Part shown: one piece after another, positions 1 to 9,814 of the stretch
Position numbering within the stretch: the stretch's first letter is position 1
How the letters are laid out: each line of letters opens with the position of its first letter
Assembly (NCBI GenBank): GCA_035553115.1
Contig: DATNED010000059.1
Coordinates: forward strand, 41,519 to 105,518
DNA from: Terriglobales bacterium
Lineage (GTDB): Bacteria > Acidobacteriota > Terriglobia > Terriglobales > SCQP01
Direction: 5' to 3'
DNA: 64,000 nt
Made by a program: the position numbers and the translations under genes
Notes under the pieces: model-generated
Database searches by the model: none
What the model was told of the DNA's origin: nothing
What the model saw: only the letters and a program-made list of their open reading frames with translations

Positions 1-1
1 G

Positions 2-358
2 ATCGTCGCCCTCGACACGCCCGCTGCGCTCAAAGCCGCGGTCCCGGGCGCCAGTCGCATCGAGGCACAATTCGCCCCCGACCTCAAAAACGGTGCCGCT
101 GACCTCGAAGCCTTGCCCATGGTGAAAAACGTCAAGCTGCAAGGCACGGCCCTGTACCGCATCTCGAGCGACCGCGGCCCGGCTACAGCCGAAGCCATAA
201 TGGACCTGAGCCGGCAGCAGGGTGTCGAGCTCCGCAGCTTGGCCGTCCAGAGCACCTCGCTCGACGACGTCTTTCTGCATTTCACCGGGCACGCCCTGGT
301 GGATGGCGCATCGGCGGGCGCTCCCGCGGCCGCCGGCCGCGGAAAGAGGCGGCCGTGA
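2..358 (+). CDS. ABC transporter ATP-binding protein, C-terminal fragment (5' end outside window)
   Basis: Frame is open from the window edge with no stop until TGA 356-358. The C-terminal sequence ...LRSLAVQSTSLDDVFLHFTG is typical of DrrA/CcmA-type ABC-2 ATPases. GTGA overlap with the downstream permease. Confidence 0.75.
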   Translation: MVALDTPAALKAAVPGASRIEAQFAPDLKNGAADLEALPMVKNVKLQGTALYRISSDRGPATAEAIMDLSRQQGVELRSLAVQSTSLDDVFLHFTGHALVDGASAGAPAAAGRGKRRP

Positions 359-1473
359 AGCTTACCCGGTCCCTCGCGATCGTTGAGCGCGATTTGCGCA
401 AATTTCGTCGCAGCCCGTCGCTGCTCGTCGCCGCATTGCTGCTGCCCTTGGTCCAGCTTGTGATTTTGGGCAACGCCTTCGGCGGCAACATCCGCAATGT
501 CGCCATCGGGGTGGTGAACCTCGACCACGGCCCGGCGGCAGTGACCGTCCGCGAAAAGCTGCTCGCGGTCGCGGCCAACGAGCGCACCTTTCTGCCGCGC
601 GACTACACCGATGAGGGCAGCGCGCTGCAGGACCTGCGCGAAGGGAAAATTGGGGCGGCCGTGGTCATCCCGGTCAACTACTCGCGCGATGTGCTGCGGC
701 AACAAGACCCGCGCCTGGGACTGATCACCGACAACACCGACCGCGCAGTGGCGGGAGGCATCGGATCGACGATGTCCGAGCTGGTCGCCTCCCTCAACCA
801 GCCGATGGTGGCAGGGCGCATGCCCGCCGGCATCCAGCTGGACACGGTCGAAGTCTATCCCTACATCAGCTACATCAAGTACCTGCTGCCGGGCTCCGTG
901 ACACTGGCAATTTTCATCACCGCCATGATCGGCGGCGGCATCCTTTACATAGACGACAAGTCGCGCGGACTCCACGAAGGCTACCTGGTCACTCCCATTA
1001 CCAAATGGGAGCTGATCTTAGGGTTCAATTTGGCCGGTGTCATCAAGGGCGTCCTCGCCGGCCTTGTGACCCTGATCGCCGGCGCGATGATTGCCGGAGT
1101 TCCTGATTTCTTCGCGCCCTACCGCCTCGGCGGGTTGCTGCTCGTGACCGTGCTGACTTCGGTCGCGCTGATCGGCATGATGTTCTTCATCATGGCCCGC
1201 ATCAACGATCCGCTGGTGCCGCGCGCCATCTTCGGCGTACTCAACACGCTGCTGTTCTTCCCCTCCGGCGCCATCTATCCCATTGCCGGGTTCCCACCGT
1301 GGCTGCGCTGGATCGCCATCGCGGACCCATTCTCCTACGCCGTCCACGCCTACCGAAGCCTGTTGCTGAAACAGGTCGGGCTGGCCGCCATCACCCAGGA
1401 CCTGTGGGCCTTGGCCCTCACCAGCGTGCTCATGGTCGGCGGCGCGACTTGGCTGTTCAAGAGGACCCTGTAG
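355..1473 (+). CDS. ABC-2 type transporter permease
   Basis: GTG start overlaps the ATPase stop. 372 aa with an N-terminal LRKFRRSPSLLVAALLLPLVQLVILG helix, a large extracytoplasmic loop and five further hydrophobic spans, which is the ABC-2 permease architecture. Confidence 0.85.
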   Translation: MKLTRSLAIVERDLRKFRRSPSLLVAALLLPLVQLVILGNAFGGNIRNVAIGVVNLDHGPAAVTVREKLLAVAANERTFLPRDYTDEGSALQDLREGKIGAAVVIPVNYSRDVLRQQDPRLGLITDNTDRAVAGGIGSTMSELVASLNQPMVAGRMPAGIQLDTVEVYPYISYIKYLLPGSVTLAIFITAMIGGGILYIDDKSRGLHEGYLVTPITKWELILGFNLAGVIKGVLAGLVTLIAGAMIAGVPDFFAPYRLGGLLLVTVLTSVALIGMMFFIMARINDPLVPRAIFGVLNTLLFFPSGAIYPIAGFPPWLRWIAIADPFSYAVHAYRSLLLKQVGLAAITQDLWALALTSVLMVGGATWLFKRTL

Positions 1474-1474
1474 C

Positions 1475-1912
1475 ATGGCCCGCGCGCAAAAGAGGGCGCC
1501 CGCCGGGCTCTGGTACAGCAATTGGCGCATATGGCTGGCCGCGCGCAAGCTGCTCGAGGAGGCCTTGGCGCCCGTGCATCTTCATCCCAAGCAATTCTGG
1601 CTGCTCGCGCTCATCCGGGAATCGCCGAAGTCGCAAACCGAGCTGGCATCGCTCTGCGGCGTGGACCCCAGCACCCTGGTTGCGTTGCTCGACGAACTGC
1701 AAGCCTGCAGTTGGATCACCCGCATCCGCCACCCCATGGATCGCCGCGTGCACTTGGTGGCGTTGACCGAAGCAGGCAGTGCCATCCTCGGGCGCGCCAT
1801 GCCGCTGGCCCGACGCGCCGAGACCCGGCAATTGCGCGCCTTGGCCGGCGGTGAGCGCACCCGTCTGCTCGCACTTCTGAGAAAATTGGTGGATGCGAAG
1901 CTGGAATCTTAG
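1475..1912 (+). CDS. MarR family transcriptional regulator
   Basis: Winged-HTH region QTELASLCGVDPSTLVALLDELQACSWITRIRHPMDRRVHLVALTEAG. Starts 1 nt after the permease stop. Confidence 0.9.
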   Translation: MARAQKRAPAGLWYSNWRIWLAARKLLEEALAPVHLHPKQFWLLALIRESPKSQTELASLCGVDPSTLVALLDELQACSWITRIRHPMDRRVHLVALTEAGSAILGRAMPLARRAETRQLRALAGGERTRLLALLRKLVDAKLES

Positions 1913-2966
1913 CTGGCTATGCCTGCTCTCGGTTCTGTCCTTGGCCGCCGCGTCGCGGGCCGATACCCTTACCTTCCTCAACGGCGATCAAGTCACCGGC
2001 ACCTTGATTCGGGCCGATTCCCACGCGCTTGTTTTCCACAGTGACATGGCCGGCGAACTCACCGCGCCCTGGTCGCGCATTCGGGAGTTGCGTACCAACG
2101 AGGTCTTCGTCATCGTTCGCTTGAACCGTAGCACCCTGCAGGGCCAGCTGCTGGCCTTCGGGCCGTCGCTGCAAGTGTTCAGCGATACCAGCATCGCCGC
2201 GCAGGCGCTCGACGCCAGCGAAATCCGAATGATCGTGGATCCGAAAACCTATGCCGAGGCGGTCAATGCCCATCCCCTCCCTTGGCAGGCTTGGCGCGGC
2301 ATGGTCAGCGGCGGCTTCAGCCAAGTCAGCGCCACCCAATCCTCAACCAGCTATACCGCCCAAGTGAACCTGCAGCGCCCGGTGCCGACCCTCGCTTGGC
2401 TGCCCCAGCGGGCCGACACGATCATTCGTTTTTCTGGCACTTACGGCCGGCTCTCGCAGCCGCAGGAACCCACCGTACGCACCAGCATCTACTCCGCCGG
2501 TCTTGAGCAGGACTTGGATTTGAATGCACGGCTCTTTGTATTTGCCAACAGCACTCTCGATCACAACTTGGCTCAAGGCTTGGAGCTGCAGCAATCCTAC
2601 GGTGGCGGAGTCGGCTGGAAGCTGATCCAGTCCGCCGCCACCCAGCTCGACCTCAGGGCCGATCTGCACTTCACCCATCAGCGCTTTCTCTCCGCCGCGG
2701 CCGAGCAATTCCCGGCTTCGAGCTTCACCGAGAGCTTGCACCAAAATTACGGCAAGATCGCTTGGACGCAGTCGTTGAGCCTCACGCCTTCCTATACCAA
2801 CGGTCTCGCCTACCAAATGTCGGGGCTGAGCTCCTGGGCGGTGCCGCTGTACCGCAGCTTCGCACTGAATTTCACGGTCGTGGACAGCTATATCAACAAC
2901 CCCCAGCCTGGCTTCCTGCGCAATTCGCTGCAATACAGCACCGGCATTCAATTCGCGGTGCGCTAG
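1893..2966 (+). CDS. DUF481 (YdiY-like) outer-membrane protein
   Basis: Signal peptide MRSWNLSWLCLLSVLSLAAASRA. DTLTFLNGDQVTGTL-type N-terminal motif. The C-terminal ~250 aa has an alternating beta-barrel-like pattern. Overlaps the marR end by 20 nt. Confidence 0.75.
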   Translation: MRSWNLSWLCLLSVLSLAAASRADTLTFLNGDQVTGTLIRADSHALVFHSDMAGELTAPWSRIRELRTNEVFVIVRLNRSTLQGQLLAFGPSLQVFSDTSIAAQALDASEIRMIVDPKTYAEAVNAHPLPWQAWRGMVSGGFSQVSATQSSTSYTAQVNLQRPVPTLAWLPQRADTIIRFSGTYGRLSQPQEPTVRTSIYSAGLEQDLDLNARLFVFANSTLDHNLAQGLELQQSYGGGVGWKLIQSAATQLDLRADLHFTHQRFLSAAAEQFPASSFTESLHQNYGKIAWTQSLSLTPSYTNGLAYQMSGLSSWAVPLYRSFALNFTVVDSYINNPQPGFLRNSLQYSTGIQFAVR

Positions 2967-3001
2967 CGGAACTTTTTCCACCGCGGGCGGTATAGTGCGG
3001 C

Positions 3002-5443
3002 ATGGGGAGCCTCGTTAAGGACCTCCGCCACGCCTGCCGGCTCCTGGCACGCGCGCCGGGTTTCGCCGCGGTCGCCGCCCTCACGCTCGCGCTCGGTCTT
3101 GGCGTCAACACCGCCATCTTCAGTGTCGTCAGTCCGATGCTGTTCGAACCGCTGCCGTTTCCAGATTCCGGTCGTATTGTCCAGGTCGCCCACCAGTACA
3201 AGGGCCGCATCGAAAACGGCCTGAGCGGAAGCGAGGCCATGTTCTTGCTCGCGCACCAGCGCAGTCTGGCTTCTGTCGCAATCGTGGACGCCTTCGGCGA
3301 CGGCAACCTCGCCACCGCGGGCGGTGCCCGCAAAGTAGCTGCGGTTCGCGTCACCAGCGGCTTCTTCGCGGTGTGGGGCATTCCGCCAGCCCGCGGCCGC
3401 GATTTCCTCCCTGAAGATGACCAGCCCGGCGCCACCCCGACGGCAATTCTCAGCGAGGGCCTCTGGCAATCGGTCTTCGCCGGCAGACCCGACGTTCTGG
3501 GCCAGACCTTCAAGCTGAACGACGTCGTCTACACCGTCATCGGCGTCATGCCTGCGAGTTTCGTCAATCTTGAGCAAAACGGCCTCAACCCCGAACCTTC
3601 CGAGCTTTGGACGGAGATGCAGCCCACCCCAGCCGCTCTCGCGCCCTTGGGTCCGAACCTCGACGTGGTTGGCCGGCTCCTTCCCAACCGCACACTATTG
3701 CAAGCTCAAGCAGACCTGGACCTGCAGAAGGCCGCGTTCAATCTGACCAATCCGCGCGTGGCAGCGCATATGCAGTGGGGCGTTCAGCGGTATCAGGACA
3801 CCGTCACCGAGAACGTCCGCACCCCGCTGCTGCTGCTGCTCGGCGCGGTCAGCCTCGTGCTCCTCATCGCCTGCGCCAACCTGGCCAACCTGCTGCTGGC
3901 ACGCGCTGCCGGACGCAAACGCGAGATGGCGATCCGGGCCGCCTTGGGTGCGAGTCAACGGCGCATCGCGCAGCAACTTTGGACCGAAAGCTTGCTGCTG
4001 TCCATGCTAGGCGCCAGTCTTGGATGGTTGTTGGCATGGTGGTCGGTGCCACTGCTGGCGCGTCTGGCGCCTGCCCAATTGGCGCTGCCGCTGCAGCCGC
4101 GTCTGGACTTCACGACGCTGGCGTTCACAGCAGCCCTCGCCGTCGCGACCGCTTTCTTGTTTGGCCTGGCGCCTGCGCTCAGCACGCGTCGTATGCACCT
4201 GCAGGAGCATCTCAAGGAGAGCGCAGCTTCGGTGGGCGGAGGATCGGCAAAGACCCGAAATGCCTTGGTCGTTGCCGAAGTGGGGTTGGCGTTTCTGCTG
4301 CTGACCGGAGCGGCGCTCTTGACAGATAGCCTCATTCGCTTGAATCACGTGGATCCCGGCTTCGACATCACCGATGTGTTGACCGTCCAGACCACGCTGG
4401 ACAAGCAGCGCATGTCCAGCGATGCGGCCGCCACGCGCTACGCGGATGCCATCGTGCAAAGTCTCGTCCAGATTCCTGGCGTGGAGTCCGCTGCCTCCAT
4501 CACCGGCGTGCCCTTGACCCGTGCAATGAACTACCCGATCATTGTGCCCGGCCACCGCGAGGACCAGTACAGCGACGACGTGGAGTGGCGTGCCATCAGC
4601 CCGGATTTCTTCCGCACCCTGCGCATTCCGATTCTCGAGGGGCGCGCGTTCACCGCAGCCGAGACCGCCTCCAGCGTCAAGACCGCGATCATCAGCGCGG
4701 CTTTTGCCCGCTACTATTGGCCGGGCCGAAGCGCGGTCGGCCAGACCCTCGGCGTGCCCGATCCAGTTCGCAATCAACCCACCGTGCAAGTGCAAGTTGT
4801 CGGCGTGGCTGGCGACATACATGAAAACGGACTCGACTCTCCGCCGCCGTTCACGCTCTACGTTCCGCAATCCCAAACCTCGGATGGCATGAATGCGCTC
4901 GTCAATCACTGGTTCGGCCTCGGCTTCGTCTTGCGCGGCCGCAGCGACCGACTGTCCACAGCGGTGCGCCGAGTCTTCGCCCAAGTGGACCCCGACCAGC
5001 CGCCATATCGGATTCTCAGCCTCGAATCACTGAAGAGCGCCTCCTTGGGGCAATACCGCTATTTGGGCACGCTCCTGAGCTTGTTTGCGCTCCTCGCGGC
5101 GGCTCTCGGCGCGATTGGAATTTACGGGGTGCTTTCGTATTCGGTCGCGCAGCGCACCCGTGAAATCGGAATCTGCATGGCGCTGGGTTCCGGACGCGGT
5201 CGAATTCTGAATCAATTCCTGAGGCACGCACTGCTGCTGGCCTGCTGCGGCTTGGCCCTCGGCGGTGTTGCGGCCTGGTACCTCACCAGGCTTCTGCAAA
5301 CCTTGCTCTTCGGCGTTGCTCCTCGGGATCCTTTGGTGCTGGTCGGCGTGGCGTTGGCCGTGCTCGCGGTGGCGGCGCTAGCAGCTCTTGCCCCGGCCTG
5401 GCGAGCCGCCAGGGTGGACCCTTTGCAGGCACTGAGGCAATAA
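3002..5443 (+). CDS. ADOP-family duplicated orphan permease (MacB/FtsX-like)
   Basis: 813 aa. Characteristic N-terminus VKDLRHACRLLARAPGFAAVAALTLALGLGVNTAIFSVV. Two MacB-periplasmic-domain plus FtsX 4-TM modules. No adjacent ABC ATPase. Confidence 0.9.
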   Translation: MGSLVKDLRHACRLLARAPGFAAVAALTLALGLGVNTAIFSVVSPMLFEPLPFPDSGRIVQVAHQYKGRIENGLSGSEAMFLLAHQRSLASVAIVDAFGDGNLATAGGARKVAAVRVTSGFFAVWGIPPARGRDFLPEDDQPGATPTAILSEGLWQSVFAGRPDVLGQTFKLNDVVYTVIGVMPASFVNLEQNGLNPEPSELWTEMQPTPAALAPLGPNLDVVGRLLPNRTLLQAQADLDLQKAAFNLTNPRVAAHMQWGVQRYQDTVTENVRTPLLLLLGAVSLVLLIACANLANLLLARAAGRKREMAIRAALGASQRRIAQQLWTESLLLSMLGASLGWLLAWWSVPLLARLAPAQLALPLQPRLDFTTLAFTAALAVATAFLFGLAPALSTRRMHLQEHLKESAASVGGGSAKTRNALVVAEVGLAFLLLTGAALLTDSLIRLNHVDPGFDITDVLTVQTTLDKQRMSSDAAATRYADAIVQSLVQIPGVESAASITGVPLTRAMNYPIIVPGHREDQYSDDVEWRAISPDFFRTLRIPILEGRAFTAAETASSVKTAIISAAFARYYWPGRSAVGQTLGVPDPVRNQPTVQVQVVGVAGDIHENGLDSPPPFTLYVPQSQTSDGMNALVNHWFGLGFVLRGRSDRLSTAVRRVFAQVDPDQPPYRILSLESLKSASLGQYRYLGTLLSLFALLAAALGAIGIYGVLSYSVAQRTREIGICMALGSGRGRILNQFLRHALLLACCGLALGGVAAWYLTRLLQTLLFGVAPRDPLVLVGVALAVLAVAALAALAPAWRAARVDPLQALRQ

Positions 5444-5468
5444 CCGCGTTTCGCATATTCTGAAGGGC

Positions 5469-6710
5469 ATGGATTCGCTGACGCCCGGCGCCGGGGCGGC
5501 ACGCATTGCGCTTGCCCTCGCCATTGGCATGATGGTGGGGTTTGAGCGCGAGTGGTCCAACAAGGACGCCGGCATTCGTACCTGTGCCTTGACCGCTCTG
5601 GCCGGCATGCTGGCTGTCCTCGCCGGCATGCCTTTGGTCATCGCCGGCTTCGCGGGCACCCTCCTACTGATCGCGTTCCTGAATCTACGCTCCCTCCGTG
5701 CCAACCAGTCGGTTGAAATCACAACCTCCGCCGCGCTGCTGCTCCTCTATATCCTTGGCGTCCTGGTCGGCCAGGGCGAATTCTTCACCCCGGTCGCGGC
5801 CGCCATCCTGGCCACCCTGCTGCTCAGTTGGAAGCTCGAGCTCCATCGTTTTGCCGGCGACCTCCATCCCAGCGAGATTCGCAGCGCAATTTGGCTCGCA
5901 ATGCTGGCGTTCGTGGTCTATCCCTTGTTGCCCAACCGCCTCGTCGACCGCTGGCAGACCATCAACCCGCACGCCGTATGGGTCGCGATCATTGTGGTGG
6001 CGGCGGTAGGTTTTGCGAATTACGTGCTCATGCGCCGCTATAGCGCGCGGGGCATGTTCTACAGCGCGGTGCTGGGTGGGCTCGTCAGCAGCACCGCGAC
6101 CGTGCTCGAATTGGGCGCAACGCTGCGCACGATGAGCGCGGACATGCTGCCCATGAGCGTCAGCATCACGCTGCTTGCCACGCTGGCCATGTTTGCGCGC
6201 AATCTGATTCTGCTCGCCATCTTCTCCCCCGCCGGGCTTCGCTGGGCCATGCCGCCACTGCTGGCCATGGCGGGTCTCGCTGCGATCATGATTTGGCGGC
6301 GACGCGGCACCGTCGCGCCGCCCGGCACCGACCTTAAGCTGGCGTCGCCGATTTCGCTTCAGCGAGTCGCCGAATTCGGGCTAGCATTCCTCGCCATTCA
6401 AGTCGCCACCACGCTGAGCCAGCGGCACTGGGGCCATGCGGGCACTTACGCGATCGCCGTGGTCGGAGGCATCTTCAATAGCGCCGGAGCCACCGCCGCT
6501 GTGGGCGAGATGGCGGCCCGCCACACCCTCGCGCCGCTCGCAGCCGGCGTCGCCACGGTGCTGGCATCCATGGCTTCGGCGGTGGCCAACGCCCCGGTGA
6601 TGAATCGCGTGCTGCGCCATTCCAGGCTGGGCTGGACCAACGAAGTGCTGGCCTGGGCGCTGGCCGGCGCCGGCGCCGTCGTCTTGGTGCTGCAGCAAGT
6701 GCATCCGTAA
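5469..6710 (+). CDS. MgtC/SapB-family plus DUF4010 integral membrane protein
   Basis: N-terminus LALAIGMMVGFEREWSNKDAGIRTCALTALAG matches the MgtC signature. The rest is polytopic, as in DUF4010 fusions. Confidence 0.8.
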   Translation: MDSLTPGAGAARIALALAIGMMVGFEREWSNKDAGIRTCALTALAGMLAVLAGMPLVIAGFAGTLLLIAFLNLRSLRANQSVEITTSAALLLLYILGVLVGQGEFFTPVAAAILATLLLSWKLELHRFAGDLHPSEIRSAIWLAMLAFVVYPLLPNRLVDRWQTINPHAVWVAIIVVAAVGFANYVLMRRYSARGMFYSAVLGGLVSSTATVLELGATLRTMSADMLPMSVSITLLATLAMFARNLILLAIFSPAGLRWAMPPLLAMAGLAAIMIWRRRGTVAPPGTDLKLASPISLQRVAEFGLAFLAIQVATTLSQRHWGHAGTYAIAVVGGIFNSAGATAAVGEMAARHTLAPLAAGVATVLASMASAVANAPVMNRVLRHSRLGWTNEVLAWALAGAGAVVLVLQQVHP

Positions 6711-6722
6711 CCTGAGAGCGCA

Positions 6723-8171
6723 ATGCCCTCCACCGCGAAAGCACCCGCGCGCACGCACGAGCCGCCACGGACCGGGCGTTCGTCGGCGCGCGGCAGATTC
6801 TTTTTTCAATATTGCTTCTGCTTTGCATTGCTGCCCAATCTGCCCTTCTGGATTCTCGGTGCCAAGGAGGGCATCGGCGTCGCAGGCTGGTTCAGCCTCG
6901 ATGCGCTCGTGCTCGGCATCCTGTCCCTCTACTTCAAGCCGGTTTGGGTGGTCGGCGCCTTCGCACTCGACTTCCTGATCGACGTGGCCGACGCCATTCG
7001 CATCTCCTATAACACGACGTTTACCGATGTCGTGCTCTCCTTTCGATACCTGCGCACGGCCATTGCCCGCAGCGAATTGATCGGTATCGGCCTGCTGATA
7101 TTCGCGGTGATTGCCGCGATCGGTGTGGCGTGGCTGCGTTCGCGACCCAAGATTGCCGGCGCCGAACGCCGCGGCGCGACGCTGCTGCTCCTGTTGCTGC
7201 TCGCGACCTGGACGGCAACGGCTCGCGCGCACGTCGCACCCGTCTTGCTCGCCAGCAGTTGGCGCAGCCCTGCGTCGGATCTCGCGCGTGCATGGGTACG
7301 GGAGCAAATGTGGGCCATGCTGCGCGGCCGCGCCGCGAGCCTGGTGCTGCCGTCCGAATCTGCTGCCTCCGCAGCGGCACTCAGCATGACCGATGCCGGC
7401 GCTCATCCGGACTTCGTTATCGTGCTGGTCGAATCGTGGGGAGAGGCGAACGAACCGGAATTGCGCAATGCCCTATTGCAGCCATTCCTTGCCCGGGAGA
7501 TCGCCCTCCGCTACCGGGTGCGCGAAGGCACAGTTCCGTTTTTCGGACCTACCGGGGCGGGCATTCTTCGCGAGCTATGCGGCGTGCGCACCGCAGTATT
7601 CGGCACACCAATGGCGGCTGTGGCCGCCGATTTCACCCAGTGCCTGCCGATGCGCCTGCAGCGGCAGGGCTTCAGCACGCTGGCCGTGGACAGTGCCGCC
7701 TCGTTCTGGCCCGGCGGCCGGAACTGGTACTCGCAATTCGGCGTCCAGCGGGTTATGGGATTCAACGACCTGCGAACTCTGGGGCTGGCTACCGTCGTCG
7801 CAGGCCCCTTTCGAGGTGTGGATGACGCCCAAGTGGCGGCGCAGCTTCCGGAGATTCTCGCCGCGGCGCGGCAGCCCGCCTTCCTCTATTTCCTCACCGT
7901 CAATGCCCACTTGCCGGTTCATTTCCCCCTTCCCTCGGACTCGACCGCGAATTGTTCCATCGCCGCCGTGACGCGCCAATCCCAACAGGCATGCGGCTGG
8001 TTCAAGATTGAGAGCCGAACTCTCGCCTCCATAGCTCAAGCCGCTTCGGCTCCGAACATGCCGAAATCCGTCATGGTCGTGGTCGGCGACCATGAGCCGC
8101 CCTTCGCGGATTCGGCCCGTCGAGCTTTCTCCCAAGACGCCGTGCCCTACGTCCTTCTGGTGCCACGCTAA
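6723..8171 (+). CDS. Membrane-anchored sulfatase-like hydrolase/transferase (LTA-synthase / phospho-transferase-like architecture)
   Basis: N-terminal multi-span region followed by an alkaline-phosphatase-superfamily-like domain (VLVESWGEANEP ... VVGDHEPPF). Family assigned by pattern only. Confidence 0.6.
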   Translation: MPSTAKAPARTHEPPRTGRSSARGRFFFQYCFCFALLPNLPFWILGAKEGIGVAGWFSLDALVLGILSLYFKPVWVVGAFALDFLIDVADAIRISYNTTFTDVVLSFRYLRTAIARSELIGIGLLIFAVIAAIGVAWLRSRPKIAGAERRGATLLLLLLLATWTATARAHVAPVLLASSWRSPASDLARAWVREQMWAMLRGRAASLVLPSESAASAAALSMTDAGAHPDFVIVLVESWGEANEPELRNALLQPFLAREIALRYRVREGTVPFFGPTGAGILRELCGVRTAVFGTPMAAVAADFTQCLPMRLQRQGFSTLAVDSAASFWPGGRNWYSQFGVQRVMGFNDLRTLGLATVVAGPFRGVDDAQVAAQLPEILAAARQPAFLYFLTVNAHLPVHFPLPSDSTANCSIAAVTRQSQQACGWFKIESRTLASIAQAASAPNMPKSVMVVVGDHEPPFADSARRAFSQDAVPYVLLVPR

Positions 8172-8194
8172 AACCGCTACAATCAACCTCGTAC

Positions 8195-9808
8195 GTGAGC
8201 ATAGCGACCTCCCCCACCTCGAGCTCAGATGCTGCTAGCGTCAAAGCGACGGTTGGCGGCCTCGACCGCACGCTGCCGCTCGATCCGCTTCCCTTCACCA
8301 TCGGCCGGCGCCCAAGCCATTCCCTCGCCATTCCTCTGCCGCAAATTTCCAGGGATCACGCCCAAATCGAACGCGAAGGCGGCGGCTATCTGCTGCGCGA
8401 CTTGGGCAGCACGCATGGAACCCTCCTGAATGGTTCGCGGCTCAGTGGTGGATCGCAGCTGAAACCCGGGGACAGAATCGAGTTTCCCAACTGCCCGGGG
8501 GTGAAGATCATTTTCGATCCATCGCCCGACACAGCCAGCCTCTTCCTGTCGCAAATGCAGAAGTTGGGCGACTCCACTCAATCGAATGAATTCGACCGCT
8601 TACGCTTGCTGCTCGACTTCAGCCAGCGGCTGCACGGTGCTGGCGGCCTCGAGGATATCCTCTCGGCAATGCTCGACGCCGCGATCCGCCTCACCGGCGC
8701 CGAGCGCGGCTTTGTCTTCTTGCGCGGCGACGACGGCGCGCTCAAGCTCAACACTGGCCGCACCGCCGCTGGCGCGTCGCTGCACGATGACAGCGGCATT
8801 TCCCATTCCATCGTCGAGAAGGCCGCCGCCTCGTCTGAAGCCTTCGTGATGAACGACAGTCGCAAGGCTTCGAGCACCGATTTGGCTCAGAGCATCGTCG
8901 CTTTTGCCCTCCGCACCGTGGTTGCGGTTCCCTTGCGCGAAGGCGTTGGCGTGCTCTATCTCGACAGCCACTCCGCCAGCCCGGTGCTGGGACAGGTGAG
9001 CCGCGAAATGCTGGACTTGCTGGCAAACGATGCCGCGCAAGTGGTCATCAACGCCCAGCTGGCGCGCCGCCAAGAGGCCGCGCGCCTGATGGAAAAAGAG
9101 ATGGCGCTGGCAGCATCGATTCAGCAGGGCTTGATGGCTACTCGCTTGCCCGCCATCGGTTTTGGCCGCCTCGACGGACTGAGCCAGGCATGCCTGCAGA
9201 TCGGTGGCGATTTCTTCGATACCGTCGTTCAGCCCTCGACCGGCGAGGTGGCGCTAGTCCTCGCCGACGTGAGCGGAAAGGGAGCCGCGGCCGCCCTGCT
9301 GGCGGCCTCCTTGCAGGGCATTGTGCACGCTCAGTTGCAGGCCGGAATGGGCTTGGCGCAGATCGCATCCTTGGCGAATGAGTTCATTTGCCAGAGACTC
9401 GAGGGAGAGAAGTACGCCACCATGGTGATCGTCCGGCTGTGGCCGAACGGCGAGATCGAGTACATTAACTGCGGGCACATCCCGCCCATGGCCGCGGGGC
9501 GCGAAGGCTGCCGCTCGCTGGAAGCCAGCAACATGCCCGTCGGGCTGATCCCCGGCGCTGAATACGCCAGCTCCAGGCACCAGCTTGCGCCCGGCGAACG
9601 GCTATTGCTGCTCACCGACGGCGTTACCGAAGCGGCAAATGCCGAGCGCGAAATGTTCGGCGATGATCGCCTGGCTCGGGTCGTCACTGCTGGCTGTACC
9701 GTAGCCGAATTGGCCAGGGCCGTGCGCGAATTCTGTCAAGGCGCACCGCTTGCGGACGATCTCACCGTGCTTGAAGCCCGCTACGAACCCAACGCCGGCA
9801 ACGCCTGA
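8195..9808 (+). CDS. FHA - GAF - PP2C/SpoIIE family protein phosphatase
   Basis: GTG start. FHA region FTIGRRPSHSLAIPLPQISRDHAQIEREGGGYLLRDLGSTHGTLLNG. Central GAF-like region. C-terminal SpoIIE motifs GGDFFD, LADVSGKG and LLLLTDGVTEA. Confidence 0.85.
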   Translation: MSIATSPTSSSDAASVKATVGGLDRTLPLDPLPFTIGRRPSHSLAIPLPQISRDHAQIEREGGGYLLRDLGSTHGTLLNGSRLSGGSQLKPGDRIEFPNCPGVKIIFDPSPDTASLFLSQMQKLGDSTQSNEFDRLRLLLDFSQRLHGAGGLEDILSAMLDAAIRLTGAERGFVFLRGDDGALKLNTGRTAAGASLHDDSGISHSIVEKAAASSEAFVMNDSRKASSTDLAQSIVAFALRTVVAVPLREGVGVLYLDSHSASPVLGQVSREMLDLLANDAAQVVINAQLARRQEAARLMEKEMALAASIQQGLMATRLPAIGFGRLDGLSQACLQIGGDFFDTVVQPSTGEVALVLADVSGKGAAAALLAASLQGIVHAQLQAGMGLAQIASLANEFICQRLEGEKYATMVIVRLWPNGEIEYINCGHIPPMAAGREGCRSLEASNMPVGLIPGAEYASSRHQLAPGERLLLLTDGVTEAANAEREMFGDDRLARVVTAGCTVAELARAVREFCQGAPLADDLTVLEARYEPNAGNA

Positions 9809-9814
9809 TACCCT

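Noticed and set aside
6381-7406. 341-aa minus-strand ORF opposite the MgtC/DUF4010 3' end and the sulfatase-like gene
   Set aside because: Shadow ORF. It is Arg/Gly/Ala-rich and spans a plus-strand gene boundary.
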